From assembly GCA_902622665.1 (NCBI GenBank), contig CACNQV010000005.1:990-64989 (forward strand): 64,000 nucleotides of DNA, written 5' to 3'. A program made the position numbers and the translations under genes. Below, one piece after another: positions 35,431 through 43,212 of this stretch; positions within the stretch are counted from its first letter, which is position 1; every line of letters starts with the position of its first letter. The DNA comes from an uncultured Candidatus Actinomarina sp. (GTDB lineage Bacteria; Actinomycetota; Acidimicrobiia; Actinomarinales; Actinomarinaceae). The notes beneath the pieces are model-generated. The model saw nothing but the letters and a program-made list of their open reading frames with translations, did no database searches and was not told where the DNA came from.

Positions 35431-35458
35431 TTGTCCTATAATATATATTATGTTGCGT
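35431..35458. other. dif-like candidate Xer recombination site
   Basis: TTGTCCTATAA-TATATA-TTATGTTGCGT. It matches B. subtilis dif (ACTTCCTAGAA-TATATA-TTATGTAAACT) at 20/28 positions and E. coli dif at 18/28. It lies about 1 kb from the plus-to-minus gene orientation switch. Confidence 0.4.
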
Positions 35459-35459
35459 T

Positions 35460-36401
35460 ATGTATAACCAGGTGTTACATGATCATTTAGATGGAGGTTT
35501 AAGACCTTCTACTGCCAAAGAATTAGCAAAGCGTATAGATTATATTCCTATAATTGAAGTCGATGATGTAGCTAAATTTTTTGATAGATCTTCTTCAACC
35601 TCTTTAGAAGATTATTTAGAAGCTTTCACACATACTATTGCTTTAATGCAAACTTACAGTAATTTAGAGCAAATAGCTTATGAAGCAGCTGTTGATATGC
35701 ATGAAAATAATATTAATTTTTATGAATCAAGATATGCACCTTTCTATTCTGTAAATAATGACTTATCCCCTAAAGATGTTATCCTTGCCATTAATTCCGG
35801 CTTTAAACAAGCAGAAAATGAATTTGGTATAGTTTCTGGCTTAATTCTCTGTGGGATGCGTCATGACCCTGATAATGTTAAAGCTGTTGCTGAATTGGCT
35901 ATAGAACATAAAGAATTAATTATTGGTTTTGATATTGCAGGACCAGAATTAAATTATCTACCCTCTATGTATAAAGATAGTTTTTTAAAAGTTAAAAATG
36001 AGGGAATTAATATAACAATTCATGCAGGTGAAGGAGACGGAGTTCATTCCATTCAAGAAGCTCTTGATAACGGAGCAAAACGAATAGGCCACGGTGTCCG
36101 AATTATTGAAGATGTCGGTGATAACAATGAGTTAGGAAGTACTGCAGATTATATATTACAAAATAATATACCATTAGAAATATGTATTACTTCTAATTTA
36201 CACACAAATATGTACGAGAGTCCACAGGACCACCCAATATCAAGGTTGCATAATCTAGGATTTAATATTTCACTAAATACCGATAATAGATTGATGAGTA
36301 ATACGAGTATTGATAATGAATTAAAGGTAGCTACAATAGCTGGTATTGAAAATCCTTCTGCTTTGCTTAAATACTCAGCTAGCGAAAGCTTTCTTAATTA
36401 A
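35460..36401 (+). CDS. add: adenosine deaminase
   Basis: LHDHLDGGLRP, TIHAGE, RIGHGVR and SLNTDNRLMS motifs. Confidence 0.9.
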   Translation: MYNQVLHDHLDGGLRPSTAKELAKRIDYIPIIEVDDVAKFFDRSSSTSLEDYLEAFTHTIALMQTYSNLEQIAYEAAVDMHENNINFYESRYAPFYSVNNDLSPKDVILAINSGFKQAENEFGIVSGLILCGMRHDPDNVKAVAELAIEHKELIIGFDIAGPELNYLPSMYKDSFLKVKNEGINITIHAGEGDGVHSIQEALDNGAKRIGHGVRIIEDVGDNNELGSTADYILQNNIPLEICITSNLHTNMYESPQDHPISRLHNLGFNISLNTDNRLMSNTSIDNELKVATIAGIENPSALLKYSASESFLN

Positions 36402-36707
36402 GATCTCATTATCATTATTTAAAAAATTATAAAATTGAGATTCGTTAATTAATTTAAAATTACTATTTGGATACAATTTTTTTGCTAATTTAATCTTTTT
36501 TTGTTTTTTTGTTATTAAATTTTGATTCATAGTTGTAATTTCAACATAAACATCTAATTCAGGCAAATAAAAATCCGGTGTAAACATCATTTTAATAGCA
36601 CCACTACCCCACTTTAAGGGGAAGCTAGTTGGTTCATAAATCCATTGAATATTAAATAAATCTAAATGTTCAGAAAATATTTTTTCAGAATAGTGTGCAA
36701 ATTTCAT
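36375..36707 (-). CDS. hypothetical protein with PD-(D/E)xK-like (TnsA/Vsr-like) pattern
   Basis: 110 aa with a 4-nt overlap onto the upstream MerR gene. The pattern is SE..FSEHL...YEP...FTPDFYLPELDVYVEIT. The final Lys of the canonical motif is replaced by Thr. Confidence 0.5.
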   Translation of the reverse strand: MKFAHYSEKIFSEHLDLFNIQWIYEPTSFPLKWGSGAIKMMFTPDFYLPELDVYVEITTMNQNLITKKQKKIKLAKKLYPNSNFKLINESQFYNFLNNDNEILIKKAFAS

Positions 36708-37147
36708 CTATTTTGAACAGAAATTTTTTCCGGGAATAAGGAATATATTTCTGCTTCCGTTTCAGTGTGAACTGGCCCTAGTGATATACCAAAAACTGCC
36801 TGACCTTTTTTTAGCAAGTCAATCATTTGGTCATTGTCAGTTAATACATATATAGATGATCCATCTGAAAATATAGAAACATCTGTGACATTTTTCTTTT
36901 TTCCAAGTAATTTAGAAACATTTTCTAAAGCTACTCTAATTTTTTGCAAGCTTACTCCTGCATCACGTAATTTGTTAACTAGTTTTACTAAGACGATGTC
37001 ATTAAAAGAATATAATCTATGAAAACCTGAACCTTTAATATTTCGAATAGAAGCATTAATAAGACCCGTAGATGTCCAATGATCTAATTGTCTATATGAT
37101 ATACCAGTAATTTTACAAACTTCTGGACCTGTATAACCCTGTTGCAT
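36704..37147 (-). CDS. MerR family transcriptional regulator
   Basis: N-terminal HTH YTGPEVCKITGISYRQLDHW. Follows the DUF151 gene, as in the conserved actinobacterial cluster. Confidence 0.85.
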   Translation of the reverse strand: MQQGYTGPEVCKITGISYRQLDHWTSTGLINASIRNIKGSGFHRLYSFNDIVLVKLVNKLRDAGVSLQKIRVALENVSKLLGKKKNVTDVSIFSDGSSIYVLTDNDQMIDLLKKGQAVFGISLGPVHTETEAEIYSLFPEKISVQNR

Positions 37148-37181
37148 AGTTTTAATCTACTAGATTAAATTAGTTATTCAA
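37148..37181 (-). promoter_or_regulatory. candidate leaderless promoter with 19-bp palindromic operator
   Basis: On the minus strand: TTGAAT, 16 nt, TAGATT, 6 nt, ATG, with no SD. A perfect 9-1-9 palindrome TTTAATCTA-G-TAGATTAAA (37151-37169) spans the spacer and the -10. Confidence 0.45.
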
Positions 37182-37185
37182 GGAT

Positions 37186-37665
37186 TTAGAGAAAATCATC
37201 AGGTGAAATATCGTCAATAAATTCAATAAATTCTTTAATTTCTTGATTATTTTCGTCAATTAATATTATGGAATTTTGGTTAAATAAGTCATAGTTTACA
37301 GTAATTTTCGCATTTGATCTGATAGCTAAAGCTATTGCATCACTTGGCCTTGAAGATAAAGAAACATCACCTTCCATGGTATTTAATGTTATCTCTGCAA
37401 AATATGTTTTATCTTTTATATCTGAAATACAAACTTCAGATATGGAAGCATTCAATGATTCAACTATATCAATTAGTAAATCATGTGTTTGGGGCCTTGG
37501 GTGAACGTATCCTTCTTGTGCATATGCAATAGAAACAGCTTCAATTGTACCAATCCATATCGGAAGAAATCTTGAAGTATCGGGTTCATGCAAAAGCATG
37601 ATGGGTGTCTCAGAATCTTCTTCTAGTCTTATACCAGATACTTCGACAATGACATTATTGTTCAT
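37186..37665 (-). CDS. bifunctional nuclease family protein (DUF151)
   Basis: LPIWIGTIEAVSIA, RPQTHDL and SSRPSDAIALAIR motifs. Confidence 0.85.
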   Translation of the reverse strand: MNNNVIVEVSGIRLEEDSETPIMLLHEPDTSRFLPIWIGTIEAVSIAYAQEGYVHPRPQTHDLLIDIVESLNASISEVCISDIKDKTYFAEITLNTMEGDVSLSSRPSDAIALAIRSNAKITVNYDLFNQNSIILIDENNQEIKEFIEFIDDISPDDFL

Positions 37666-37696
37666 AAAAAAAGATTAATATTGATATTATTTATTT

Positions 37697-38779
37697 CTAG
37701 CTAGAAACAAGTAATTTAGATATTATATTTGACATAAAAAAATTATATTTCATAATTCTATTTGATTTATTTGAACTAATTTTAATTTTTTCATTATCAT
37801 AATAGTTTCCAAGAACAATCTCTGATCTGTCAATACTTATAAGATAAATATTATTTGAAATACCTCTATTTCCAAACTTTACAATATTGTTATCGTATAT
37901 CTCAGCTAAAGACTCATAAGGATTAATTATCTTGTATACATATTCAAATTTATTTAATAATAAATTATCTTTAAAATTTGCTACAGATTCCTTATAGAGA
38001 ATCAATGTATCATCAAAATGTGACTGTTTATTACTATCAACAAATGATTTATTAACGATTGTTATAATATTCCTATTGTCGTCTTGGTTATATCCAATAA
38101 ATGTCAATCCAGCTTTAGAAGTCCAACCAGTTTTCAATCCTTTGAAACCATTACTAATAATTAAATTTGTATTTTCATATTTCTTAATTTCATTATTTTG
38201 TTCATAAAAAAATTTGGATTTTTTAGTTATATCAATAAGTTTTGTATTTTTTAAAATGTATTCTGATAAAAGTAGGAGATCGTTAAGTGTTGTGTAGTGG
38301 TTTTCTTGATCAAGACCATCTGGATTCTGAAAATTTGTATTTATCATATTTAATTTTCTTGCTCTTGAATTCATTAATTCTATAAAATCATCAACAGAAT
38401 TAGATATATGCATAGCAGTTACGTAAGCTGAATCGTTTGCGGAATAAACTAGTAAAAACTCAAGTAATTGCTCAACGGATACTGTATTTCCCTCAGTTAA
38501 ATATGCTACTTTACCTTCAAAGTTGTACGAGTCTGGATAAGTTATAGAGACTATTTCATTTAATTCATTATTTTCATAAAGTATTAAAGCCGTCATTAAT
38601 TTAGTTATAGATGCTGGTGAGATTGGTTCATTTATATTTTTTTTATATAAAATGATTTCTCTGTCTAAGTCATATGATAAATAATATTCAGTAGTTAATA
38701 TTTCTTCTTCTATTTCATAAGCATAGGAATTTGTATTAATAAATATTAAAACAATGAATATTAAGAGATATCTTTTGAT
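37697..38779 (-). CDS. D-alanyl-D-alanine carboxypeptidase (peptidase S11), probable non-canonical ATC start
   Basis: SxN (YSANDSAY) and KTG (GLKTGWT) lie in the track ORF. The same frame stays open upstream to a TAG at 38789-38791. That upstream stretch encodes a signal peptide (KRYLLIFIVLIFINTNSYA) and SxxK (PASITKLM). No ATG, GTG or TTG is available there. AGGGGA lies 5 nt upstream of ATC 38777-38779. Confidence 0.75.
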   Translation of the reverse strand: MKRYLLIFIVLIFINTNSYAYEIEEEILTTEYYLSYDLDREIILYKKNINEPISPASITKLMTALILYENNELNEIVSITYPDSYNFEGKVAYLTEGNTVSVEQLLEFLLVYSANDSAYVTAMHISNSVDDFIELMNSRARKLNMINTNFQNPDGLDQENHYTTLNDLLLLSEYILKNTKLIDITKKSKFFYEQNNEIKKYENTNLIISNGFKGLKTGWTSKAGLTFIGYNQDDNRNIITIVNKSFVDSNKQSHFDDTLILYKESVANFKDNLLLNKFEYVYKIINPYESLAEIYDNNIVKFGNRGISNNIYLISIDRSEIVLGNYYDNEKIKISSNKSNRIMKYNFFMSNIISKLLVSS

Positions 38780-39354
38780 AAATATCCCCTAATTAGATTT
38801 GTATAATTTTCAATAATTAAAGTACGGTCTTCTTCTTCATCATCAGGTAAAAAACTTATAATAAATTCAATAAAATCACTTGAACGTTCACTTATAGATT
38901 TCAAGACAGAAAAATTTTTAGGTTCCAATCCTAAGGAGTAAAAATATGACCAAGCTTTAATTCTATTTAAATCGTCATTGTTAAATCTTTCTCTATTAAC
39001 TTCAAAACCAAAAGATACTAATTCTTCAAACTGGGTGTTAGACAATCCTGATTGTTTTAGTATATCTCTAATTGAATAGTCATCAATTTTTATAGTTTTT
39101 GCTTTAGTACTTTTTGCTTTAGTACTTTTTAGTAATGATGGATTATTTTTAATTGCTTTCAAGCTGTAAAATTTATTCTCTTGTAAATCTATAATTTTTG
39201 AAATTTTTTCAATATCTTTATTTGTGAATTTTCTTGTACCACCTGAAGACCTTTTAATATTAATTAATCCCTCTTTTTCTAAAAATCTAATTCTTGAAAT
39301 TGAAGCAGAAGGATATTTAATTTGTAAAGCTTTTACAGCTTCACCGATATTCAC
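38761..39354 (-). CDS. MerR family transcriptional regulator
   Basis: HTH IGEAVKALQIKYPSASISRIRFLEKEGLI. Follows the FHA gene with a 4-nt overlap. Confidence 0.8.
   Translation of the reverse strand: MNIGEAVKALQIKYPSASISRIRFLEKEGLINIKRSSGGTRKFTNKDIEKISKIIDLQENKFYSLKAIKNNPSLLKSTKAKSTKAKTIKIDDYSIRDILKQSGLSNTQFEELVSFGFEVNRERFNNDDLNRIKAWSYFYSLGLEPKNFSVLKSISERSSDFIEFIISFLPDDEEEDRTLIIENYTNLIRGYLSKDIS
39096..39125. repeat. perfect 15-bp tandem duplication inside the MerR gene
   Basis: TTTTTGCTTTAGTAC occurs twice in tandem, encoding the KSTKAKSTKAK linker. Confidence 0.9.
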
Positions 39355-39698
39355 TTAATGACCTCAGTTAGTAGTAATAAATACTTACCTATTTGTATCT
39401 TGTCACCAGATTTAAGTTTGGAATCACTTTTAATTTCATTATTTATATAAATTCCATTTGTTGAATTGTTGTCTGTGATCTTTATAATTTCTTTATTAAC
39501 AGATAAGAAAGCGTGCTTTCTTGATACAGTAATATCGTCTAATATAATATTGTTTTCAAATGATCTACCAATTTTGTAGTCTTTATTAATCAATTTCCAA
39601 GAAGATGACTTTAATTCGTTATTTAGTAGAGAAAGTATATACAGTGGTTCTTCAGCCTGACTGCTAGAAGAATCTAAAGGTATTGTTTCGTTATCCAC
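39351..39698 (-). CDS. FHA domain protein (GarA/OdhI-like)
   Basis: GRSFENNIILDDITVSRKHAFL and STNGIYINNE motifs. 115 aa. Confidence 0.85.
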   Translation of the reverse strand: MDNETIPLDSSSSQAEEPLYILSLLNNELKSSSWKLINKDYKIGRSFENNIILDDITVSRKHAFLSVNKEIIKITDNNSTNGIYINNEIKSDSKLKSGDKIQIGKYLLLLTEVIK

Positions 39699-40221
39699 TC
39701 TTATATATTAAGTTGTACAAATATTCAATTGCAACATAAAAGTAAAAAATTATCACTAACAATGCCAGTTGACTTAAGAAAGGAATGATTAAAGTTGTAT
39801 TTAATACATATAAACAAATTAATACGAACAAAAATACAGTGGCTAATTTGCCTTTTTTAGATACCTCTATTTTTAAACCAGTTAATAAAACATAAATTGA
39901 CCCAATTAAAACAAGCACTTCACGAATTAATATAGCAAATATAAACGTTTGTGGAACAATCGAAGATAGCCAAAATAGTAAAACTAAAAATACTACTCTA
40001 TCCGTCAAAGGATCAAGAATAATCCCTAATTTTGATACTAAATTATATCTTCGTGCAACAATGCCATCTAAAGAATCTGAGAGGCCAATAATTGCAATAA
40101 TAATTATTAACACATATGAATCGAAACTTTCAGATTCAAAGTTCCAGAATAAATAAATAGAAATAAAGAAACGGGATAATGTAATCAAATTTGGTAAAAG
40201 AAATATGTCCTTAAGACTCAA
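39691..40221 (-). CDS. pgsA: CDP-alcohol phosphatidyltransferase (PgsA-like)
   Basis: DSLDGIVARRYNLVSKLGIILDPLTDR signature. Multi-TM. Confidence 0.85.
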   Translation of the reverse strand: MSLKDIFLLPNLITLSRFFISIYLFWNFESESFDSYVLIIIIAIIGLSDSLDGIVARRYNLVSKLGIILDPLTDRVVFLVLLFWLSSIVPQTFIFAILIREVLVLIGSIYVLLTGLKIEVSKKGKLATVFLFVLICLYVLNTTLIIPFLSQLALLVIIFYFYVAIEYLYNLIYKSG

Positions 40222-41171
40222 AGAAGACCTTTTACATCGTGTGTCCCTACAAAATGATCTGGATTTACTTCAATCATTTCATCTGAATTAGGGTTATCTG
40301 CTATTAAAGAATCTAATTCTTGAAAATTAACTTCATAAGTCTCTCTATTGTATGATGGATCAGGTATGGGGATAGATGAAATTAGTCGTTTAGTATAGGG
40401 ATGAATTGGATTATTCAATAATTCTTCAGTTTCTGCAATTTCAACAATTTTGCCATTAAACATTACTGCTATTCGATCACACATATATCTTGCTACTGCA
40501 AGATCATGGGTGATATATAAATAAGATACTTCTAAATCCTTAGCAAGATTTAACATAAGGTCCATTATTGAAATACGAATAGAAACATCTAACATAGATG
40601 TTGGCTCATCACATACGACAAACTTTGGCTTCATAATCAATGTACGAGCGATAGATACTCTTTGTCGTTGTCCCCCTGAAAGTTCATGAGGGTATCTTGG
40701 CATGTAATTCTCAGGTGGTGTTAACCCAACTGTTTTTAAAATCTCATAAACAGCTTCTTCCCTTTCTTTCAAATCACCAATATTGTGTATGTTTAAAGGT
40801 TCTAGGATTATGTCTTTAATATTCCATCTAGGATTTAATGATTCGTATGGGTCTTGGAAAATCATTTGTATATTTCTTCTAAATTTTTTGAGTTCCTCTC
40901 CTTCTAGCTCGTCAATACTTTGCATCATTTGAGTTTCTGAATTGTAAAAATTAATATCTCCACCTGTTTTTGGATCTAGCAAACTTAAAGCTCTTGCAGT
41001 TGTTGTTTTACCACACCCACTCTGTCCAACTAAGCCTAAACTTGATCCAAATGGAATATCAAAACTTATACCATCTACCGCTTTAACAATAGATTTATTT
41101 CTTGAAAACAATCCACCGGATATTTCAAAGTATTTCTCTAGATTTTTAACTTCAATTAATGTATTTTCCAT
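40218..41171 (-). CDS. peptide/nickel-type ABC transporter ATP-binding protein (OppF/DppF-like)
   Basis: Walker A GQSGCGKTT, signature LSGGQRQRVSIARTL, and Walker B VCDEPTS. Confidence 0.9.
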   Translation of the reverse strand: MENTLIEVKNLEKYFEISGGLFSRNKSIVKAVDGISFDIPFGSSLGLVGQSGCGKTTTARALSLLDPKTGGDINFYNSETQMMQSIDELEGEELKKFRRNIQMIFQDPYESLNPRWNIKDIILEPLNIHNIGDLKEREEAVYEILKTVGLTPPENYMPRYPHELSGGQRQRVSIARTLIMKPKFVVCDEPTSMLDVSIRISIMDLMLNLAKDLEVSYLYITHDLAVARYMCDRIAVMFNGKIVEIAETEELLNNPIHPYTKRLISSIPIPDPSYNRETYEVNFQELDSLIADNPNSDEMIEVNPDHFVGTHDVKGLL

Positions 41172-41174
41172 ATT

Positions 41175-42143
41175 TCAACCACAATTAATGCAGCATTTAT
41201 CTGCATAATGTTCGCTATCGATTTTAGTTAATTCCATTTCAATATTCCTATTACGACAATTATCATCAGGACTTGGACATCTATAAGAAAATGAACAATA
41301 CGAATCTGTATTAATTAGTGAAGGCGGCTCTCCATCTAAAGATCTTAATTTCTTTTTTGGTCCAACAATTGATGGTGTAGACTCAAGTAACATTTTGGTA
41401 TAAGCGTGTTTTGGATTACTAAATACTTTATCTGTTTTACCCATCTCTACAATAGAACCAGCATACATTACAGCCATATTGTCAGTCATTTCAGCAATAA
41501 CAGCAATATCATGGGAAATATATATTAAACTTAATCCAAGTACCTCTTGTACTTTCCTTATTTCCTTAAGAATTTGATCTTGTATAACAACATCTAAAGC
41601 AGTAGTTGGTTCATCAGCAATAATTAATTTTGGATCACATGATAAAGCTAAAGCTATTACTGCTCTCTGTTTCATCCCTCCAGATAGCTCATGAGGAAAT
41701 CTATCTATAATTGATGAATCTAAACCAACTATATCAAAAAGCTCTATAATTTTTTTGGTATTTTCTTCTTTAGTTTTGTCAGGATAATGTTCGCGCATAG
41801 CTTCTCTAATTTGTTCACCAATTTTTACAACTGGATTCCAAGAGTTCATCGCACCCTGAAAAACAATACTAATCCCACTCCATCGTACTTCTCTTAGTTG
41901 AGATTCACTTAAACCTACTATATTTTTACCATCAAAAATAATTTCTCCATTGGTAATTTTTCCATTATCTGCTTGAAGTTGTAATAATGACATAGCTACT
42001 GAAGTTTTTCCACATCCAGATTCACCAACTATTCCAAATGACTCACCTTCTTTTACAGTAAAAGAAACTTTTTTAACAGCTTCAACATCGCCGTCTATTG
42101 TCTTATAACTCATATCTAAATCCTTAACTTCAAGAATATTCAT
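41175..42143 (-). CDS. peptide/nickel-type ABC transporter ATP-binding protein (OppD/DppD-like) with C-terminal Cys cluster
   Basis: GESGCGKTS, LSGGMKQRAVIALAL, and a C-terminal YCSFSYRCPSPDDNC...KCCINCG cluster. Confidence 0.9.
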   Translation of the reverse strand: MNILEVKDLDMSYKTIDGDVEAVKKVSFTVKEGESFGIVGESGCGKTSVAMSLLQLQADNGKITNGEIIFDGKNIVGLSESQLREVRWSGISIVFQGAMNSWNPVVKIGEQIREAMREHYPDKTKEENTKKIIELFDIVGLDSSIIDRFPHELSGGMKQRAVIALALSCDPKLIIADEPTTALDVVIQDQILKEIRKVQEVLGLSLIYISHDIAVIAEMTDNMAVMYAGSIVEMGKTDKVFSNPKHAYTKMLLESTPSIVGPKKKLRSLDGEPPSLINTDSYCSFSYRCPSPDDNCRNRNIEMELTKIDSEHYADKCCINCG

Positions 42144-43208
42144 TTATCTATCTCTCAATCTTGGATTGAAAACTTCATCTAATCCCCTACCTACCAAATA
42201 AAATCCACCAGTTAGAAAAGTAACTGACAATCCAGCAGGTAAAATTAGCCACCAAAATTTCATACCAGAAAATATAAAACCCTCTACTTGTGCTAAATAA
42301 ATCATAAGTCCCCAACTCATATCAATATTCAATAATCCTAAAAATGAGAGTACTGATTCGGAAGCTATCGCTCCAGTAACACTGAAAACCATAAACAATA
42401 ATGCTAATGGAGCTACATTTGGTAATACGTGTGAGAATAATATATTCATTCGCGAACCACCTGTAATACGTGCAGAATCAACAAATGGTTTTACTTTAAC
42501 TTGCAGAGCTTGCGATTTAATTGTAATTACTGAACCACCTAAACCACCTATTGTTCCAAGTACTACGGCTAAATGCCATACCTGCAACTCAGCAAAAGCT
42601 GAAATAATAAACAAAAGAGGTAGGGTTGGTAACATTAAAATTAAATCTGATTGTCTCATTAAATAAGCATCTATTTTCCCACCAAAGAATGCAGCAATAG
42701 TTCCCAATATAGTTGATATACCTACACCTAAGGTGGCGCTTAAAAGTCCCAATACAAAAGCTACTTGACTACCTTCCATAATTTGCGAGAAAACATCCCT
42801 ACCTAGAGAATCAGTACCTAAAATATGTTTGCTTGATGGTGGGGCTGGTTGTAAGTTTTGTATAATTGTTTCTCCAACTTGAGCATCTGAGTAAAATAAA
42901 GTTCTGATGTTTACTTCTGTACGCCCTGGACAATCAGATCTTTTTTTATATTTTTCTGTTGGATATTCTTTAGGACATTCAACAACTAAAAACTCTTGAA
43001 ATTGTTCAGAATAACCAACTACTGGATCGTATACTCCCTTATTCCAAACTCCAGTAATAAATAATATTGGTTGAAGAATAGATAAAAACAGAAAGAATAT
43101 AACAATATAGAGACCAATCATCCCTAGTTTACTTCTCTTAAAAAGTCTCCAATTTTTCTTTAGAGCTTCTCTTCTAATCTTTTTCGCTATATCTTTTTGA
43201 TTACTCAC
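42144..43208 (-). CDS. ABC transporter permease (OppC/DppC-like)
   Basis: Multi-TM BPD-type permease in operon context. Confidence 0.85.
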   Translation of the reverse strand: MSNQKDIAKKIRREALKKNWRLFKRSKLGMIGLYIVIFFLFLSILQPILFITGVWNKGVYDPVVGYSEQFQEFLVVECPKEYPTEKYKKRSDCPGRTEVNIRTLFYSDAQVGETIIQNLQPAPPSSKHILGTDSLGRDVFSQIMEGSQVAFVLGLLSATLGVGISTILGTIAAFFGGKIDAYLMRQSDLILMLPTLPLLFIISAFAELQVWHLAVVLGTIGGLGGSVITIKSQALQVKVKPFVDSARITGGSRMNILFSHVLPNVAPLALLFMVFSVTGAIASESVLSFLGLLNIDMSWGLMIYLAQVEGFIFSGMKFWWLILPAGLSVTFLTGGFYLVGRGLDEVFNPRLRDR

Positions 43209-43212
43209 AAGT

